NCBI RefSeq assembly: GCF_032444005.1
Contig: NC_091284.1
Coordinates: 433,814,001-433,878,000 of the forward strand
Direction of reading: 5' to 3'
DNA from: Ranitomeya imitator
Taxonomy: Eukaryota
Length of the DNA: 64,000 nt
The notes under the pieces: model-generated
Told to the model about the DNA's origin: nothing
What the model saw: the letters and a program-made list of their open reading frames with translations, nothing else
The model's database searches: none
Translations under genes and position numbers: made by a program
Shown here: one piece after another, positions 24,852 through 37,614 of the stretch
How the letters are laid out: each line of letters begins with the position of its first letter
Position numbering within the stretch: the stretch's first letter is position 1

Positions 24852-25013
24852 GATGGAAGTTTGCAGTGTCCAGCTTGCAAGACGATATATGGTGAAAAAA
24901 CTGGAACCCAACCGAATGGAAAGATGGATATTTTCCCAATCCCTCAGTCCTTGCCCGGTCATCAAGATTGTGCCACGATCCACATTGTGTATACCATCCA
25001 TGCTGGAATACAG
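24852..25013 (+). CDS. dtx2: DTX2 exon, end of RING-H2 and start of Deltex C-terminal domain
   Basis: ttcacag|...|gtact; 162 nt; [25 protein letters not shown]...GIQ. Confidence 0.95.
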
Positions 25014-25062
25014 GTACTGTAGAAAAATGCTTGCACCCATCTCTTGACTCTGTCTAGTATGC

Positions 25063-25248
25063 CAGGGGTGTCAAACTGCATTCCTCAAGGGCTGCATACA
25101 GGTCATGTTTTGAGGATTTCCTTGTACTGCACAGGTGATAATGTAATCACCTACACACATAATGATTACAGCACCTTGTGCAAAGCTAAGGAAATCTTGA
25201 AAACACGCATGGTTTGCGGCCCTCGAGGAATGCAGTTTGACACCCCTG
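25063..25248. mobile_element. hAT-type MITE
   Basis: TIR CAGGGGTGTCAAACTGCATTCCTC; perfect 8-bp TSD TAGTATGC (25055-25062, 25249-25256). Confidence 0.9.
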
Positions 25249-25349
25249 TAGTATGCTGTGTGCGCTTTCCATGCGCATACATTAAGTTTGTCCTAATCAT
25301 CTGAATGGGGTTGTGTTGGTAAAAAACACATGGATTTCTACAAGTTTAA

Positions 25350-25662
25350 AGGGAACCGGTCACCTGAATTTGGCGGGATTGGTTTTGGGTCATATGGGCG
25401 GAGTTTTCGGGTGTTTGACTCGCCCTTTCCTTACCCGCTGGCTGCATGCTGGCCGAAAAATTGGATTGAAGTTGATTCTCTGTCCTCCATAGTACACCCC
25501 TGCGCAAGGCAAAATCGCCTTGCGCAGGCGTGTACTACGGAGGACAGAGAATGAACTTCAATCCAATATTGCGGCCAGCATGCAGCCAGCGGGTAAGGAA
25601 AGGGTGAATCAAACACCCGAAAACTCCGCTCATATGACCCAAATTCAGGTGACAGGTTCCCT
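25350..25662. mobile_element. T2/Kolobok-like palindromic MITE
   Basis: TTAA|AGGGAACC...GGTTCCCT|TTAG; nearly the whole element is an inverted repeat. Confidence 0.75.
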
Positions 25663-25838
25663 TTAGTTTAGATGTAAGATACAGTTGAAGACATTTCTGC
25701 ATCACAATCTGCCTTGTGTGACTCATACAGTGATGTAATGGCACTGAACAGAAGTAATTTAAAGGGAACCTGTCAGCAGGTTTGGACAATATAAGATATG
25801 ACCAGCACCTTTCAGGGCTGATATACAGCATTCTATTA

Positions 25839-26754
25839 TCTACTATATAATTGTCTAAGGGACACTTCCGTCTGTCTGTTACGGAAATCCCGCGTCGCTG
25901 ATTGGCCGCGACCAATCTGTGACGGACACAGTCCGGCTGCGAATTGGCCCCTCCCTCCTCCCATGCAGTCAGTGCCCCCTCCCTACTCCTATGCAGCATC
26001 AATAGTAAAAACATATAAAAAAATAAAATAAATAAAAAAAAAATCATTATATACTCACCCTCCGATGGCCCCTGGATCCAGCCCAGGCCTTTCCCGCTCC
26101 TCGCACGCCGCTCCGGTCCCCAGAATGCATTGCGACAATGACCGTAAATGACGTAGCGGTCTCATGAGACCGCTACATAATCACGTGTTATTGCCGCTTG
26201 GGAACGGACCGGCGCGCGAGGAGCGGGAAAGGCCTGGGCTGGATCCGGGGGCCGCCGGAGGGTGAGTATATAACTATTTTTTATTTTAACTATTTTTTTT
26301 TTTTTTTTACAGGGATATGGTGCCCACATTGCTATATAATGTTTGGGCTGTGTTATATAGTAACATAGTTAGTAAGGCCGAAAAAAGACATTTGTCCATC
26401 CAGTATATAGTACGTGGGCTGTGTTATATACTGCGTGGGCTGTTATATCCTACATCGGCTGTGCAATATAATACGTGGGCTGTGTAATATACTACGTGGG
26501 CTCTGCAATGTACTGCATCGGCTCTGCAATGTACTGCGTCGGCTGTGTTATATACTACGTGGCTGTTATATACTACGTGGTAGCGACTGGCGCACTCCGG
26601 CCGCGAATTGGCACGGGATTTGAACCACGCTTCGCTAATTGGTCGCGCCCGGCCAGCCGAATTGTGTATTCATTGTATTATTCTAAAATATTCATAAATA
26701 AACTACATATATATTCTAGAATACCTGATGCGTTAGAATCGGGCCACCATCTTG
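25839..26754 (+). mobile_element. Non-autonomous Helitron
   Basis: 5' A|TCTACTATATAATTGTCTAAGGG; 3' hairpin CCTGATGCGTTAGAATCGGG followed by CTTG|T (degenerate CTAG). Same family as 33636-34563. Confidence 0.75.
26363..26403 (-). mobile_element. 41-bp CR1 3'-end micro-insertion
   Basis: Its reverse complement closely matches the CR1 3' end at ~63716-63757. Flanked by 9-bp direct repeats TATATAGTA (26354-26362, 26404-26412). Confidence 0.75.
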
Positions 26755-28254
26755 TACTGTATATCTGCCCCCAACCGACCTGTAAGAGAAGAAAAATAAC
26801 TTTTATTATACTCGCTTGTGGGGCAGTCCGGTCCTGTCTCCCATATTCTTGCGATCGCCATCCTCATTCTTGCGGTTCACGCGACACTGCAACATCCACA
26901 GTCTCCTCGGTACAACGCTCTTGCACAGGCGTAATTCTCTGTCCTGTTGAGCACAGTGCAAAGTACTGTAGTACGCAGGTGTCGGGGCTCTTTGACCTTT
27001 TTTGGCACCTGTGCACTGCAGTACTTTGCTGTGCCCTCCCTCAACACCATAGGTAAGTACTCCTGCCAGGAGCGCGGTGCCGAGGAGACACTGTGGATGA
27101 TACAGGGTCGCGTTATCCTCATGAAGCAAGCAGGAGGGTGGCGATCGTAAGAAGATGGGAGGCGCCAGACCAAGACCAAATTCGCCCATCAGACCGGACC
27201 GCACTGCAGGTGAGTATAATAAGTTATTTTCAATTCTTCCAGGTCGGGTTGGGGCTTATATACAGTGTTATAAGATATGGCCATCACCTTTCAGGGCTGA
27301 TATACAGCTTTCTATATCGGCCAAAACTGCTGACAGGTTCCCTTTAAGCCCAAACCAAGGCACTAGGTGGAGAATAATCATGGAATTGGTGTGCTTGCAG
27401 GGAATTGCCTCTAATTTTAGCTATGAAGAAAAGAATTCTATTTCTTTAGTTATGAGAAGAAACAGCGAAGATGGGACACTAGTAGCTTGCATAAAAGAGC
27501 ACACACTGTCATTTCTGGAGAACTAAGCTTTAAATTCCAAGCTCCTTTACTACTAGTGCTGTGGAAAAGCTTATTTCAGGAGCTGGTCACAACAGTAACT
27601 GTACGTGGCTTAACCCCTCAATGACTGTTGATACATCTTTCTTTGGGGCTAAGGATTAAATAGCTGCCCTGATAGGTGTAAATACAGTAGGGGTCAGCTA
27701 CTTATTGTACTGGATACCCCATTCCATTGACTATGATCGGTTTTAGTACACATTGTGGTCGTTTAACCCCTTTGATATTGCTGTCAATTGCGACAGTGGC
27801 ATCTAGATGGTTAACAAAGGTAGAGAGCTCCCTCTAAAAGCCCCATAACAAACCAAGGCCTTAATGTTTGCCTTGGTGTACAGTGGTCTGTTATTGCAGT
27901 GCGTGAGACCAGTGCTCATTGAATGAAATTTATACATGTCCTGTACTGGGAGAATTTTTTTTTACATTTTAACTAAAACCTATAAAAAAAATGTAAACAA
28001 AAAAATTGGTGAACCCTGTTTTGCTATTAAAAATGCAGTTTTAATGTAAAAACTACTGTATATGCAAAAAAAACCATACATGTAACTTATACCTGTCCTA
28101 TTATAAAGCATGCTATTTTGTAAAATGCTTTTTAGTGTGAAAAGTAGCAACACAAGCATAAAATAAAATCTATATAAACCAGGCATCTTGGTAATCCTAT
28201 GGAGCTGAAGAACAAAGCTGTCTTATCTCTTTCATTGCACAGTGAACGGAGTAT

Positions 28255-28908
28255 AGTACCGTCACATTTAGCGACGCTGCAGCGATCTAGACAACGATGT
28301 CGATCGCTGCAGCGTTGTTGTGTGGTCGCTGGAGAGCTGTCACACAGACAGCTCTCCAGCGACCAACGATGTCGAAGTCCCCGGGTAACCAGGGTAAACA
28401 TCGGGTTACAAAGCGCAGGGCCACGCTTAGTAACCCGATGTTTACCCTGGTTACCATTGTAAAAGTTAAAAAAACAAACAGTACATACTTACGTCATCGC
28501 TGTGCCCTGCTTTACGGCCGGTCGGCGCTGACACAGTGCAGGGAATCTGACGCCGAAGGACAGACCGGAATGTAAGTATGTACTGTTTGTTTTTTTTTTA
28601 ACTTTTACAATGGTAACCAGGGTAAACATCGGGTTACTAAGCGCGGCCCTGCACTTAGTAACCCGATATTTACCCTGGTTACCAGTGAACACATCGCTGG
28701 ATCGGCGTCACACACGCCGATTCAGCGATGACAGCGGGTGATCAGCGACCAAAAAAAAAAGGTCCTGATCATTCCCAGCAACCAACGATCTCCCAGCAGG
28801 GGCCTGATCGTTGGTCACTGTCACGCATAACGATTTCAGTAACGATATCGTTGCTACATCACAAAAAGCAACGATATTGTTAACAAAATCGTTATGTGTG
28901 AAGGTACC
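28255..28908. mobile_element. PIF/Harbinger-like MITE with internal inverted repeats
   Basis: Ends (A)GTACCGTCACAT / GTGTGAAGGTACC|TTA; inverted GGTAACCAGGGTAAACATCGGGTTAC blocks inside. Confidence 0.65.
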
Positions 28909-28979
28909 TTAACAAACAACCCCTGAATTATCTGCTCCGTCACACCCAGCCTATTGTCCCCTCCCTGACAAGGCCATTA

Positions 28980-31889
28980 TTTATTTATTTTTTTTGACTA
29001 GTGACACTTTGTGGTAATAACTCTGGGACGCTTCAACATATTCCAATGATTCTGAGAATGTTTTTCGTGACACATTGTACTTCATGTTAGTGGTAAATTT
29101 TGGTCAATATGATTTGCGTTCTTGAAAATGTCTAAAATTTGACAATTTAGCAGTTTTCAAACTTTTAATTTTTAAGCCGTTGGGCCAGATAGTTGCATCA
29201 CACAACTTAGTTTATAAATAATTTACCACATGTCTACTTTACATCAGCATCATTTTTTAAACATATATTTTTTTTAGGGACCACATCCCATTTCAAGTGA
29301 TTTTGAGGAGCCTATATGACAGAAAATAACTAAAAGTGACAGTATTTATTTTAAAAACTATACCGTTAGAGTGCGCAAAACCACATTTAATTAAAGCAAT
29401 GTGGAAATGAAAATTTTATTTTTTCTTCCACAAATATTGCTTTAGCACCAAATGTTGCACTTTCAACAGGCTAACCATGGAAAATAAAACATAAAATTTG
29501 TTACGCAATGTCTCCTGAGTACGCTGATAGCCCATATGTGTGAGGAAAACTACTGTTTTGTCACACGGCAGGGCTCAGGAGGGAAGGAGCGCCAATTAAA
29601 TTCCGGAGATAAATTTTGGCTGGAATAGATTGCAGCTGCCATGTCACATTTGAAGAGCCCATGACATTCTAAAGCGGCATAGAGCCCTTCAAGTGACCTC
29701 ATTTTGCAAACTGCCCTTCATGAAGAATTCATCTAGGGAATAGGTGAACATTTTCAACCATCAGTCGCTTCAAAGAATTGTAGAACATTGGGCTGAGTCA
29801 TTGGAAAACTAAAAAGCAAAAAGTTTTCAATTTTTTTTTCAAAATTATAAAAAAGAAAATGAACAATAATATTTCTTATACAATTTCGCCTGAGTACACC
29901 AATACACTCCATATGTTGTCAGCCACACCTCTAAATGAACGTACAGCTTAGTTTTCCTACAGAGTACCTGACATCAGGTTTAGTAATTTTCTTTTGTTAT
30001 CCCTTCTATGTAATTGTTTATCCCATATTGTTTTATTCCCATTTTGTATCATCTTTGTATGATATTTTATAAAAATTGCTTATTTTTCCTGATTAGATTT
30101 CTAAAATTGGTGGTAACGGCTAATAGTTCTTTTTGTTATTGTGGAGTTGGCTGTGACTGTACCTGTGTGTATGTACAGTATAGATCAAAAGTTTGGACCC
30201 ACCTTCTGATGTAAAGATTTTTCTGTATTTTCATGACTATGAAAATTGTACATTCACACTGAAGGCATGTGTGAAACAACTGAAATTATGTTGTATATTC
30301 TAGGTTCTTCAAAGTAGCCACGTTTTGCTTTGATGACTGCTTTGCACACTCTTGGCATTCTCTTGAGGAGCTTCAAGATGTAGTCACCAGGAATGGTCTT
30401 CCAACAATCTTGAAGGAGTTCCCAGAGATGCTTAGCAGTTGTTGGCCCTTTTGCCTTCACTCTGCGGTCCAGCTCACCCCAAACCATCTCGATCGGGTTC
30501 AGGTCTGGTGACTGTGGTGGCCAGGTCCTCATGTGAGCCAGTTTCTTTGTAGCGCTTGATGGTTTTTGCAACTGCACTTGGGGACACTTTCAAAGTTTTC
30601 CCAATTTTTCGGACTGACTGACCTTCATTTCTTAAAGTAATGATGGCCACTCGTCTTTCTTTACTTAGCTGCTTTTTTCTTGCCATAATACAAATTCTAA
30701 CAGTATATTCAGTAGAACTATGAGCTGTGTATCCACCAGACTGCTGCATAACACAACTGATGGTCCCAACCCCATTTATAAGGCAAGAAATCCCACTTAT
30801 TAAACCTGACAGGGCACACATGTGAAGTGAAAACCATTTCCGGCTTCTCGTCCCACAAAAGAAATCTAGGGAATTCTGCTATCCCAAAACCAAATGCCCC
30901 TCTCTTCTGAGCCCCACAGTTGTGCCTAAACCATATTTAGTGTCCCCATGTTTGACACTTATGTAGCAATGATAGCCTGCCTAATTTACGAGTATAGGTC
31001 TCCAGAAGCATGAGATGGGCATAATGTACAATATACGGGCAGTACAATAGCAGATTTGCAATTTTCACTCCCCAACATCCACTGCTTGTTTAAGGTTAGC
31101 ATCCATGGAGTTAAATCATCACTACAACTGTAGATACATTTCCAAACGGGTATAATTTCCCAAATGCACTTAAGGGGGCATTCTGCTCTTTTAGCACTTA
31201 GCAGCTCTGTATATGGAATCCGTTAACTCTTCTAGGAAAATCTGCCCTCCCAAGTCACGTGGCTAAGCAGGACTGTGCAGCCACATATGGAGTGTTCTCT
31301 TGTATGACAAATTTTGGTGCCATTTTTATCCATTTCCCTTTGTGAAAATGTAAAATCTGAGGCTAGAACTACATTTTTGTGGTAAAAATATAATTATTTT
31401 TTCTTCCCAGCCCAATTGTATAAAATTCTGTGAAACACCCATGGTGTTAATATCATCACTGCACCCTTAGATGAATTAATTGTGAAGTGTAGTTTGTAAA
31501 ATGGGGTCACACATGGGGGAGTTCTGCTTGTCTGGCACTTCATGGGCTCTCCCAGTGGGTTATGGCACTCCCAGACAATAACTGTAAAACCTGCAATATA
31601 ATATGTCTCTCCTTCCTTTCTGAGCTTTGCTCTGTGCCTGAAAAGTATTTTCCGATTACATGTAGGGTATTGGCACACTCGAGAGAAATTGCACAACAAA
31701 CTGAGAGGTCCATTTTTTCCCATTAACACTTAGAAAAATAAAAAATTTGGGGCTAAAACATTATATTAAAATTTGGGGTTAAAACAACATTATAAAACAT
31801 TATATTAAAATTTCCTCACCGTCTAATGGTTTAAATTTCTGTGATCCACCTTTGGTGTCAACATGCTCACTGCACCCCTTGATGAATTA
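28980..31889. mobile_element. Decayed pieces of the large piggyBac-like non-autonomous family (interrupted by Tc1 30176-30840; continues at 33254-33630)
   Basis: Recognisable similarity to 21640-23600 (e.g. CTCCTGAGTAC, ATGGGGTCAC..TGGGGG, AAAATTGGCC). Boundaries approximate. Confidence 0.5.
30176..30840 (-). mobile_element. Internally deleted Tc1 element
   Basis: TA|CAGTATAGATCAAAAGTTTGGAC end. N-terminal MARKKQLSKERRVAII...KRYKETGSH is joined almost directly to the C-terminal [15 protein letters not shown]. Confidence 0.85.
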
Positions 31890-33253
31890 CCGTATATACT
31901 CGAGTATAAGCCAAGATTTTCAGCCCAAATTTTTGGGCTGAAAGTGCCCCTCTCGACTTATACTCGAGTCACGGTGGGTGGCAGGGTCGGCGGGGGAGGG
32001 GGAGAGAGCGCTGAGGCATACTCACCTAGTCCCGGCGCTCCTGACGTTCCCCCTGCCCGTCCCACGGTCTCCGGGTGCTGCAGCTCTTCCCCTCTTCAGC
32101 GGTCACGTGGGACCGCTCACTAAACTCATGAATATGGACTCCACTCCCATAGGGGTGGAGCCACATATTCATTCCTCTGAGCGGTGCCAGACTGCAGTGA
32201 CCGCTGACAGAAAGAGCTGCGGCACCCGGGGATAGTGTGACAGGCAGGGGCAGCGTCAGGAGCAGCAGGACTAGGTGAGTATTATATTCACCTGTCCCCG
32301 TTCCAGCCGCCGGGTGCCGCTCCATCTTCCCGGCCCCGCTCCGTCTTCCCGGCGTCTCTGCGCTCTGACTGTTCAGGTCAGAGGGCGTGATGACGCATAT
32401 AGTGTGCGCGGCACCCTCTGCCTGATCAGTCAGTGCAGAGAGACGCCGGAACGAGACGCCGGGAGCTGCAATCAAGAGAGTTGAGTATGGCTTATTTTTT
32501 TTTTTTATTATTGCAGCAGCAATGGCACAGATTTATATGGAGCATCTATGGGGCAAAAATGAACGGTGCAGAGCACTATATGGCACAGCTATGGGGCAAG
32601 AATGAACGGTGCAGAGCACTATATGGCACAGCTATGTGGCAAGAAAGAACGGTGCAGAGCACTATATGGCACAGCTATGGGGCAAGAAAGAATGGTGCAG
32701 AGCACTATAGGCAGTTATGGGGCAAGAATGAATGGTGCAGAGCACTATATGGCACAGCTATGGAGCAAGAAAGAACGGTGCAGAGCACTATATGGCACAG
32801 TTATGGGGCAAGAATGAACGGTGCAGAGCACTATATGGCACAGTTATGGGGCAAGAATGAACGGTGCAGAGCACTATATGGCACAGCTATGGGGCAAGAA
32901 AGAACGGTGCAGAGCACTATATGGCACAGCTATGTGGCAATAATGAACGGTGCAGAGCACTATATGGCACAGTTATGGGGCAAGAATGAACGGTGCAGAG
33001 CACTATATTGCACAGCTATGGGGCAATAATGAACGGTGCAGAGCATTATATGTGGCACAGCTTTATATGGAGCATCTTATGGGGCAATAATGAACGGTAT
33101 GGAGCATCTATTTTTATTTTTGAAATTTACCGGTAGCTGCTGCATTTTCCACCCTAGGCTTATACTCGAGTCAATAAGTTTTCCCGGTTTTTTTGTGGCA
33201 AAATTAGGGGGGTCGGCTTATACTCGGGTCGGCTTATACTCGAGGATATACGG
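31890..33253. mobile_element. Tc2/pogo-like MITE with 43-bp tandem array (32530-33050)
   Basis: TIR CCGTATATACTCGAGTATAAGCC, TA flanks; unit GGCACAGCTATGGGGCAAGAATGAACGGTGCAGAGCACTATAT. Confidence 0.82.
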
Positions 33254-33635
33254 TAATTGAGAAGCGTAGTTTGTAAAATGATGTCACTTATGGGGGTTCT
33301 GCTTTTCTGACACCTCAGGGGCTCTGCCAATGTGACATGGCACCCTCAAAGCATTTCAGCAAAATTTGAACTCCAATATGAATTATAAGTTTGAAAATTG
33401 CAAAATTTTTGAAAAGTTTCCCATATTTTCACTAAAAAGGCAAGTCATATCAAACCAATTTTACCATTGTCATGAAGTATACCATGCACAAGAAAACATT
33501 CTGAGAATCTCTGCGATATGTTGGAACAGTTTCCAGAGTTACCTCATAAAGTTACACTGTTCTGAATTGTAAAATTTGGCCTGATGAGTAAAGCGAAAAC
33601 AGGGTGGGTTAGGGTTTGAAGGGGTTTATGGAAAA

Positions 33636-34563
33636 CTAGATGGTCGCCGATTTCTAACGCATCGGGTATTCTAGAATATGCATGTCCACGTAGTATATAG
33701 CACAGCCCACGTAGTATATTGCCCAGCCACGTAGTATATTGCCCAGTCACGTACTATATTGCCCAGCGACATAGTATACAGCACAGAGCCACGTAGTATA
33801 CTGCCCAGTCACGTAGTATATTGCCCAGTCACGTAGTATATTGCCCAGCCACGTAGCATATTGCCCAGCCACGTAGCATATTGCCCAGCCACGTAGCATA
33901 TTGCCCAGCCACGTAGCATATTGCCCAGCCATGTATGTAACAGATTAAAAAAGACTTAAAATAAAAAATAAACATATACTCCCCTTCCGAAGAGCCCCTT
34001 GTACTTCTGGCGCTTGTGTGCGGTGCACGCGGCAGCTTCCGGTCCCAGGGTTGGTATGAGCACAGGACCTGTGATGACGTCGCGGTCACATGACCGTGAC
34101 GTCATCGAAGGTCCTTCTATCATAGCATCCTTTGCACCGGAACCTGCCGCTTGCACTGCCGAGGAGATGACGCGACGGCGGAGGGTGAGAATAACCCTTT
34201 TTTTTATTATTATTTGTAACATTAGATCTTTTTACTATTGATGCTCCATACGCAGCATCAATAGTAAAAAGTTGGTCACACAGGGTTAATAGCTGCATTA
34301 ATGGAGTGCGTTACACCGCGGTCCATTAACTCTGCCATTAACCCTGTGTGAGGGCTGACGGTAGGGGAGGACGGATCGGGCACTGACTGTAGGGAGGAAG
34401 GAGCGGCCATATTGCCGCCGGACTGTGCTGGTCGCTGATTGGTCGTGGCTGTTCTGCCGCGACCAATCAGCGACTTGGATTTCCATGACAGACAGGCCGC
34501 GACCATTGAATATCTGTGAAAGACAGCCAGACGGAAGTGACCCTTAGACAATTATATAATAGA
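33636..34563 (-). mobile_element. Non-autonomous Helitron
   Basis: Minus strand 5' A|TCTATTATATAATTGTCTAAGGG; 3' hairpin CCCGATGCGTTAGAAATCGG then CTAG|T; internal 22-bp repeats at 33690-33930. Confidence 0.85.
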
Positions 34564-35970
34564 TGATAATTTTCCATTTGGAGGTGTATATACCATACAT
34601 TCACTGTGCGTTCCCAATAACTGGCCTAGTAGTGGAAGCAGCCGCAGATTCATCCATCACTCATCAGTCAATTGCATCTTTGGTGCACAGGTTGAAAAAA
34701 ATGTAAGGATCACACTTGGGTAATAACTTGTTGATTTCCACCTAGCGGAAGAGTCTTGATCTCCCAGATAAAAACCAATCTCCTACATTTCCATTTGTTG
34801 CTCTGTCTCATTCACCATTTAGGATAAATATGTGATGCTGTCCTTGTTTGCCCACATTTATGAGCACAGGAAATAAAGCACAGGGCTGCTGATATAAAAT
34901 CTGAAATGGGCTTCCTCTTGACATCGCTATGCGGTGGCGGTGCTGGTCTCTTCATGCTGGGTCTTCCTCTTCGTGCACTGACAGTGTGCTCTTTTGCCCG
35001 CTCGTTTCTTCTTGTCATTGCATATTGCACCGCGACATAATCTACTGTGCATACCTCTGAATTGACATAATTCGACATAAGCTCAGAGCAGGGGCAATCC
35101 CAGACCCTGAAACGGAGGTCGCTGATGACGCAGATTCTCAAACGGTGTCCTCAAAAAGGAAGTAATAAAAAAACAATAAAAATAAACACTATATTAGAAA
35201 ATGGATTAGATTATGGCAGTAAAAAGGCATTCAGGATGAAAATGAATGTGTTTTTGGACCACCCCTTTAAAACCTTTTGTTTTGTGCACCTATTTTTCAA
35301 TGGAATCATCTTGTGGATGGCACAGCTTCCCACTGATGCCTCTGCAGCACACACGCTTCTAATGCGCAACCAGAAAGGCTAGAAGCGTGCTGATCCCAGG
35401 GATGTACTGCTACCCTGCCACTCTTCATCTTCACTATCACACTGGTCTGTGCTCAGATTGCAGTGAAAATGCTCCGATCGGGGCAAAGACCAGTGTGATA
35501 GTGCTAAACATGGAAGCTGCAGAGCGTCAGGGAAAACCAGCACTGATGAATGGCGGTGGAGCAGCAGTATGTCCCCGGGATCAGCGCACCCTGACTGCAC
35601 AGATCTGAACATGGTATCTGAATAGTTAAACTACTCTGCTCAAAGCAGATCCATCACTTCTGTGCTGTGGATTGTCATGGTGCCATTAGGTATGGCAGGA
35701 AATGGCGGCGACTTTTTACTGATAGTCGTATTAGCATATCATTTCTCATGGTAATATAAGCAGCCCTTTCTCTTAAGGATTTTTGATTACAATTCAAGTA
35801 AAACAGAGGGTAATTTTTCATTATATTTTCTCTTTAAAATTTATCGATTTTGTGATATCCATGATTCCACTTTTTCTTCTTGGTGCTTTGACTTCATTAT
35901 TCAGTCTCGCATGTGTATTTTCTAGTAACAAGTGTCTGTTGTGTGTGTTTTTTTTTTTTTTTTCCACCAG

Positions 35971-36060
35971 GGGCCTGAACATCCTAATCCAGGAAAACCA
36001 TATACAGCAAGAGGATTCCCTCGTCACTGCTATCTCCCAGACAATGCCAAAGGAAGATTG
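35971..36060 (+). CDS. dtx2: DTX2 exon, Deltex C-terminal domain
   Basis: poly-T ccaccag|...|gtaagc; 90 nt; [30 protein letters not shown]. Confidence 0.95.
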
Positions 36061-37389
36061 GTAAGCTCCAAACCACTTCTGGGTGCCTGTATTGGTTTAT
36101 TCCAGCACTTTGGTCATTCACAAAGCTACTACTAGATCTAAATACATTACAATATTGGTACAATAAATACGTTTGACATACTGACCTGTTATTGACTACA
36201 TGTTTTACACAGCCCCATAAATACAATAATGTCACAGTGCCATCTAAAAGACCGCTGATATATTGCATACGTTTATGCAGGCAAGGGAACAAAGCTAAAA
36301 AGCGGAAGGAACGATCTTTTCTATTTCTAAATAAAGATTTATATTTGTTTTTGTTTTTTTAGTTATCTTTAGGTCTGTTTTTAACCCTTTCACGACCTGC
36401 GCCATACATGTATGTCGGATGTAAGTGTATGGAGCAAGCTCACGAGGTGATCTCGCCTCATACTCTGCAGGCAATGGGTGTGTGTTACTGCCAGGCCCTT
36501 TCTCTAGCAATTATGGGTGTCAAACTCTGATAGCTGTTTTAGCAACACACAGGCATGTGGGTCGCCTCATGCCTCACGCTTGTTACGCGATCATATAATC
36601 CTTCTGTTCCAAAGCTATCCTTTTCCAATTGTTATGCAGTTGAGGCACAAGTGCAGGGATTATCCTGCGCTTTCAGTTCTCCATCCTCTTTCCATCTTTC
36701 CCCACCTATCAACATTCAAAGCTCCCACTTGTCAGGTCACTCCTAATCTAGTGACATGCCTCCCCATTCTGAAATCTCACTCTGGCTCCTTAATTCGCAG
36801 TGATGCTGGCGCAATTACCTCCTGAAATCATGGCTCGCTTTGTAAGAGACTGGATTAGGGCTATGAATCTGTGCATACACTGCTTCTTATGAGAAGACAA
36901 CCAGAGTAGGGTATGGCAGTGCCTGTGTGAGTTTTCGGATTGGGGGAGGCAGGTCACTTTGACGTTTCTTGAAGAGACGTCACTTGTTTCTGATGGTGGC
37001 GGGCGGGCAATGATGCCATAAAAGGTATAGCTGTAATCTGAATCACAACAACCTAACATCGATGTGTTTTGGTTTATGACACAAAAACCAGTTGACCGTT
37101 TTCCCTTAACATTGGCTTGACCAGCTGATTTTGGTGGGATTAGCCAACTATCTAATGTGGTTATGACCCAACTTTCTCCCAAGTCTCTGACTACGTCTCC
37201 ACTCTCTCACTTGAGAACACCTGCTCAGGGAAGGTGTGCATGTGTATAGGGGGTGGGAGAAATTGCTGTTGGCCATAAAATCTTGGGCACATGGGTTGGC
37301 TTTAAACAAGCTCTAATTAATGGAATGATGTATGTGTAGAATATGAAGAACATCTCTCCTTATTTTGGAATGTATTTATTTTCCTTTAG

Positions 37390-37614
37390 GTACTGGAACT
37401 CTTAAAGCTGGCTTGGACCAGGAGGCTGATTTTCACGATTGGTGTTTCCAGTACGACTGGTGAATCGGACACCGTAGTTTGGAATGAAATCCATCACAAG
37501 ACAGAAATGAACTCTAACATAACAGGACACGGTTACCCGGACCCAAACTACCTGGACAATGTTACTGCCGAGCTTGCTGCTCAAGGGGTAACAGAAGATT
37601 GCTTAAATATATAA
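37390..37614 (+). CDS. dtx2: DTX2 last coding exon to stop codon
   Basis: ttcctttag|; [39 protein letters not shown]...[29 protein letters not shown]. The C-terminus is DTX2-like. Confidence 0.96.
   Translation, partial: VLELLKLAWTRRLIFTIGVSSTTGESDTVVWNEIHHKTEMNSNITGHGYPDPNYLDNVTAELAAQGVTEDCLNI

Larger units (their letters stand above)
25763..27343. mobile_element. T2/Kolobok-like MITE interrupted by a Helitron
   Basis: TTAA|AGGGAACCTGTCAGCAG ... CTGCTGACAGGTTCCCT|TTAA. Confidence 0.8.

Noticed and set aside
32433-33029. 198-aa ORF with 43-aa repeats (and overlapping ORFs)
   Set aside because: An artefact of a stop-free 43-bp tandem array inside a MITE: three units give 43 codons, and similar peptides appear in all three frames.
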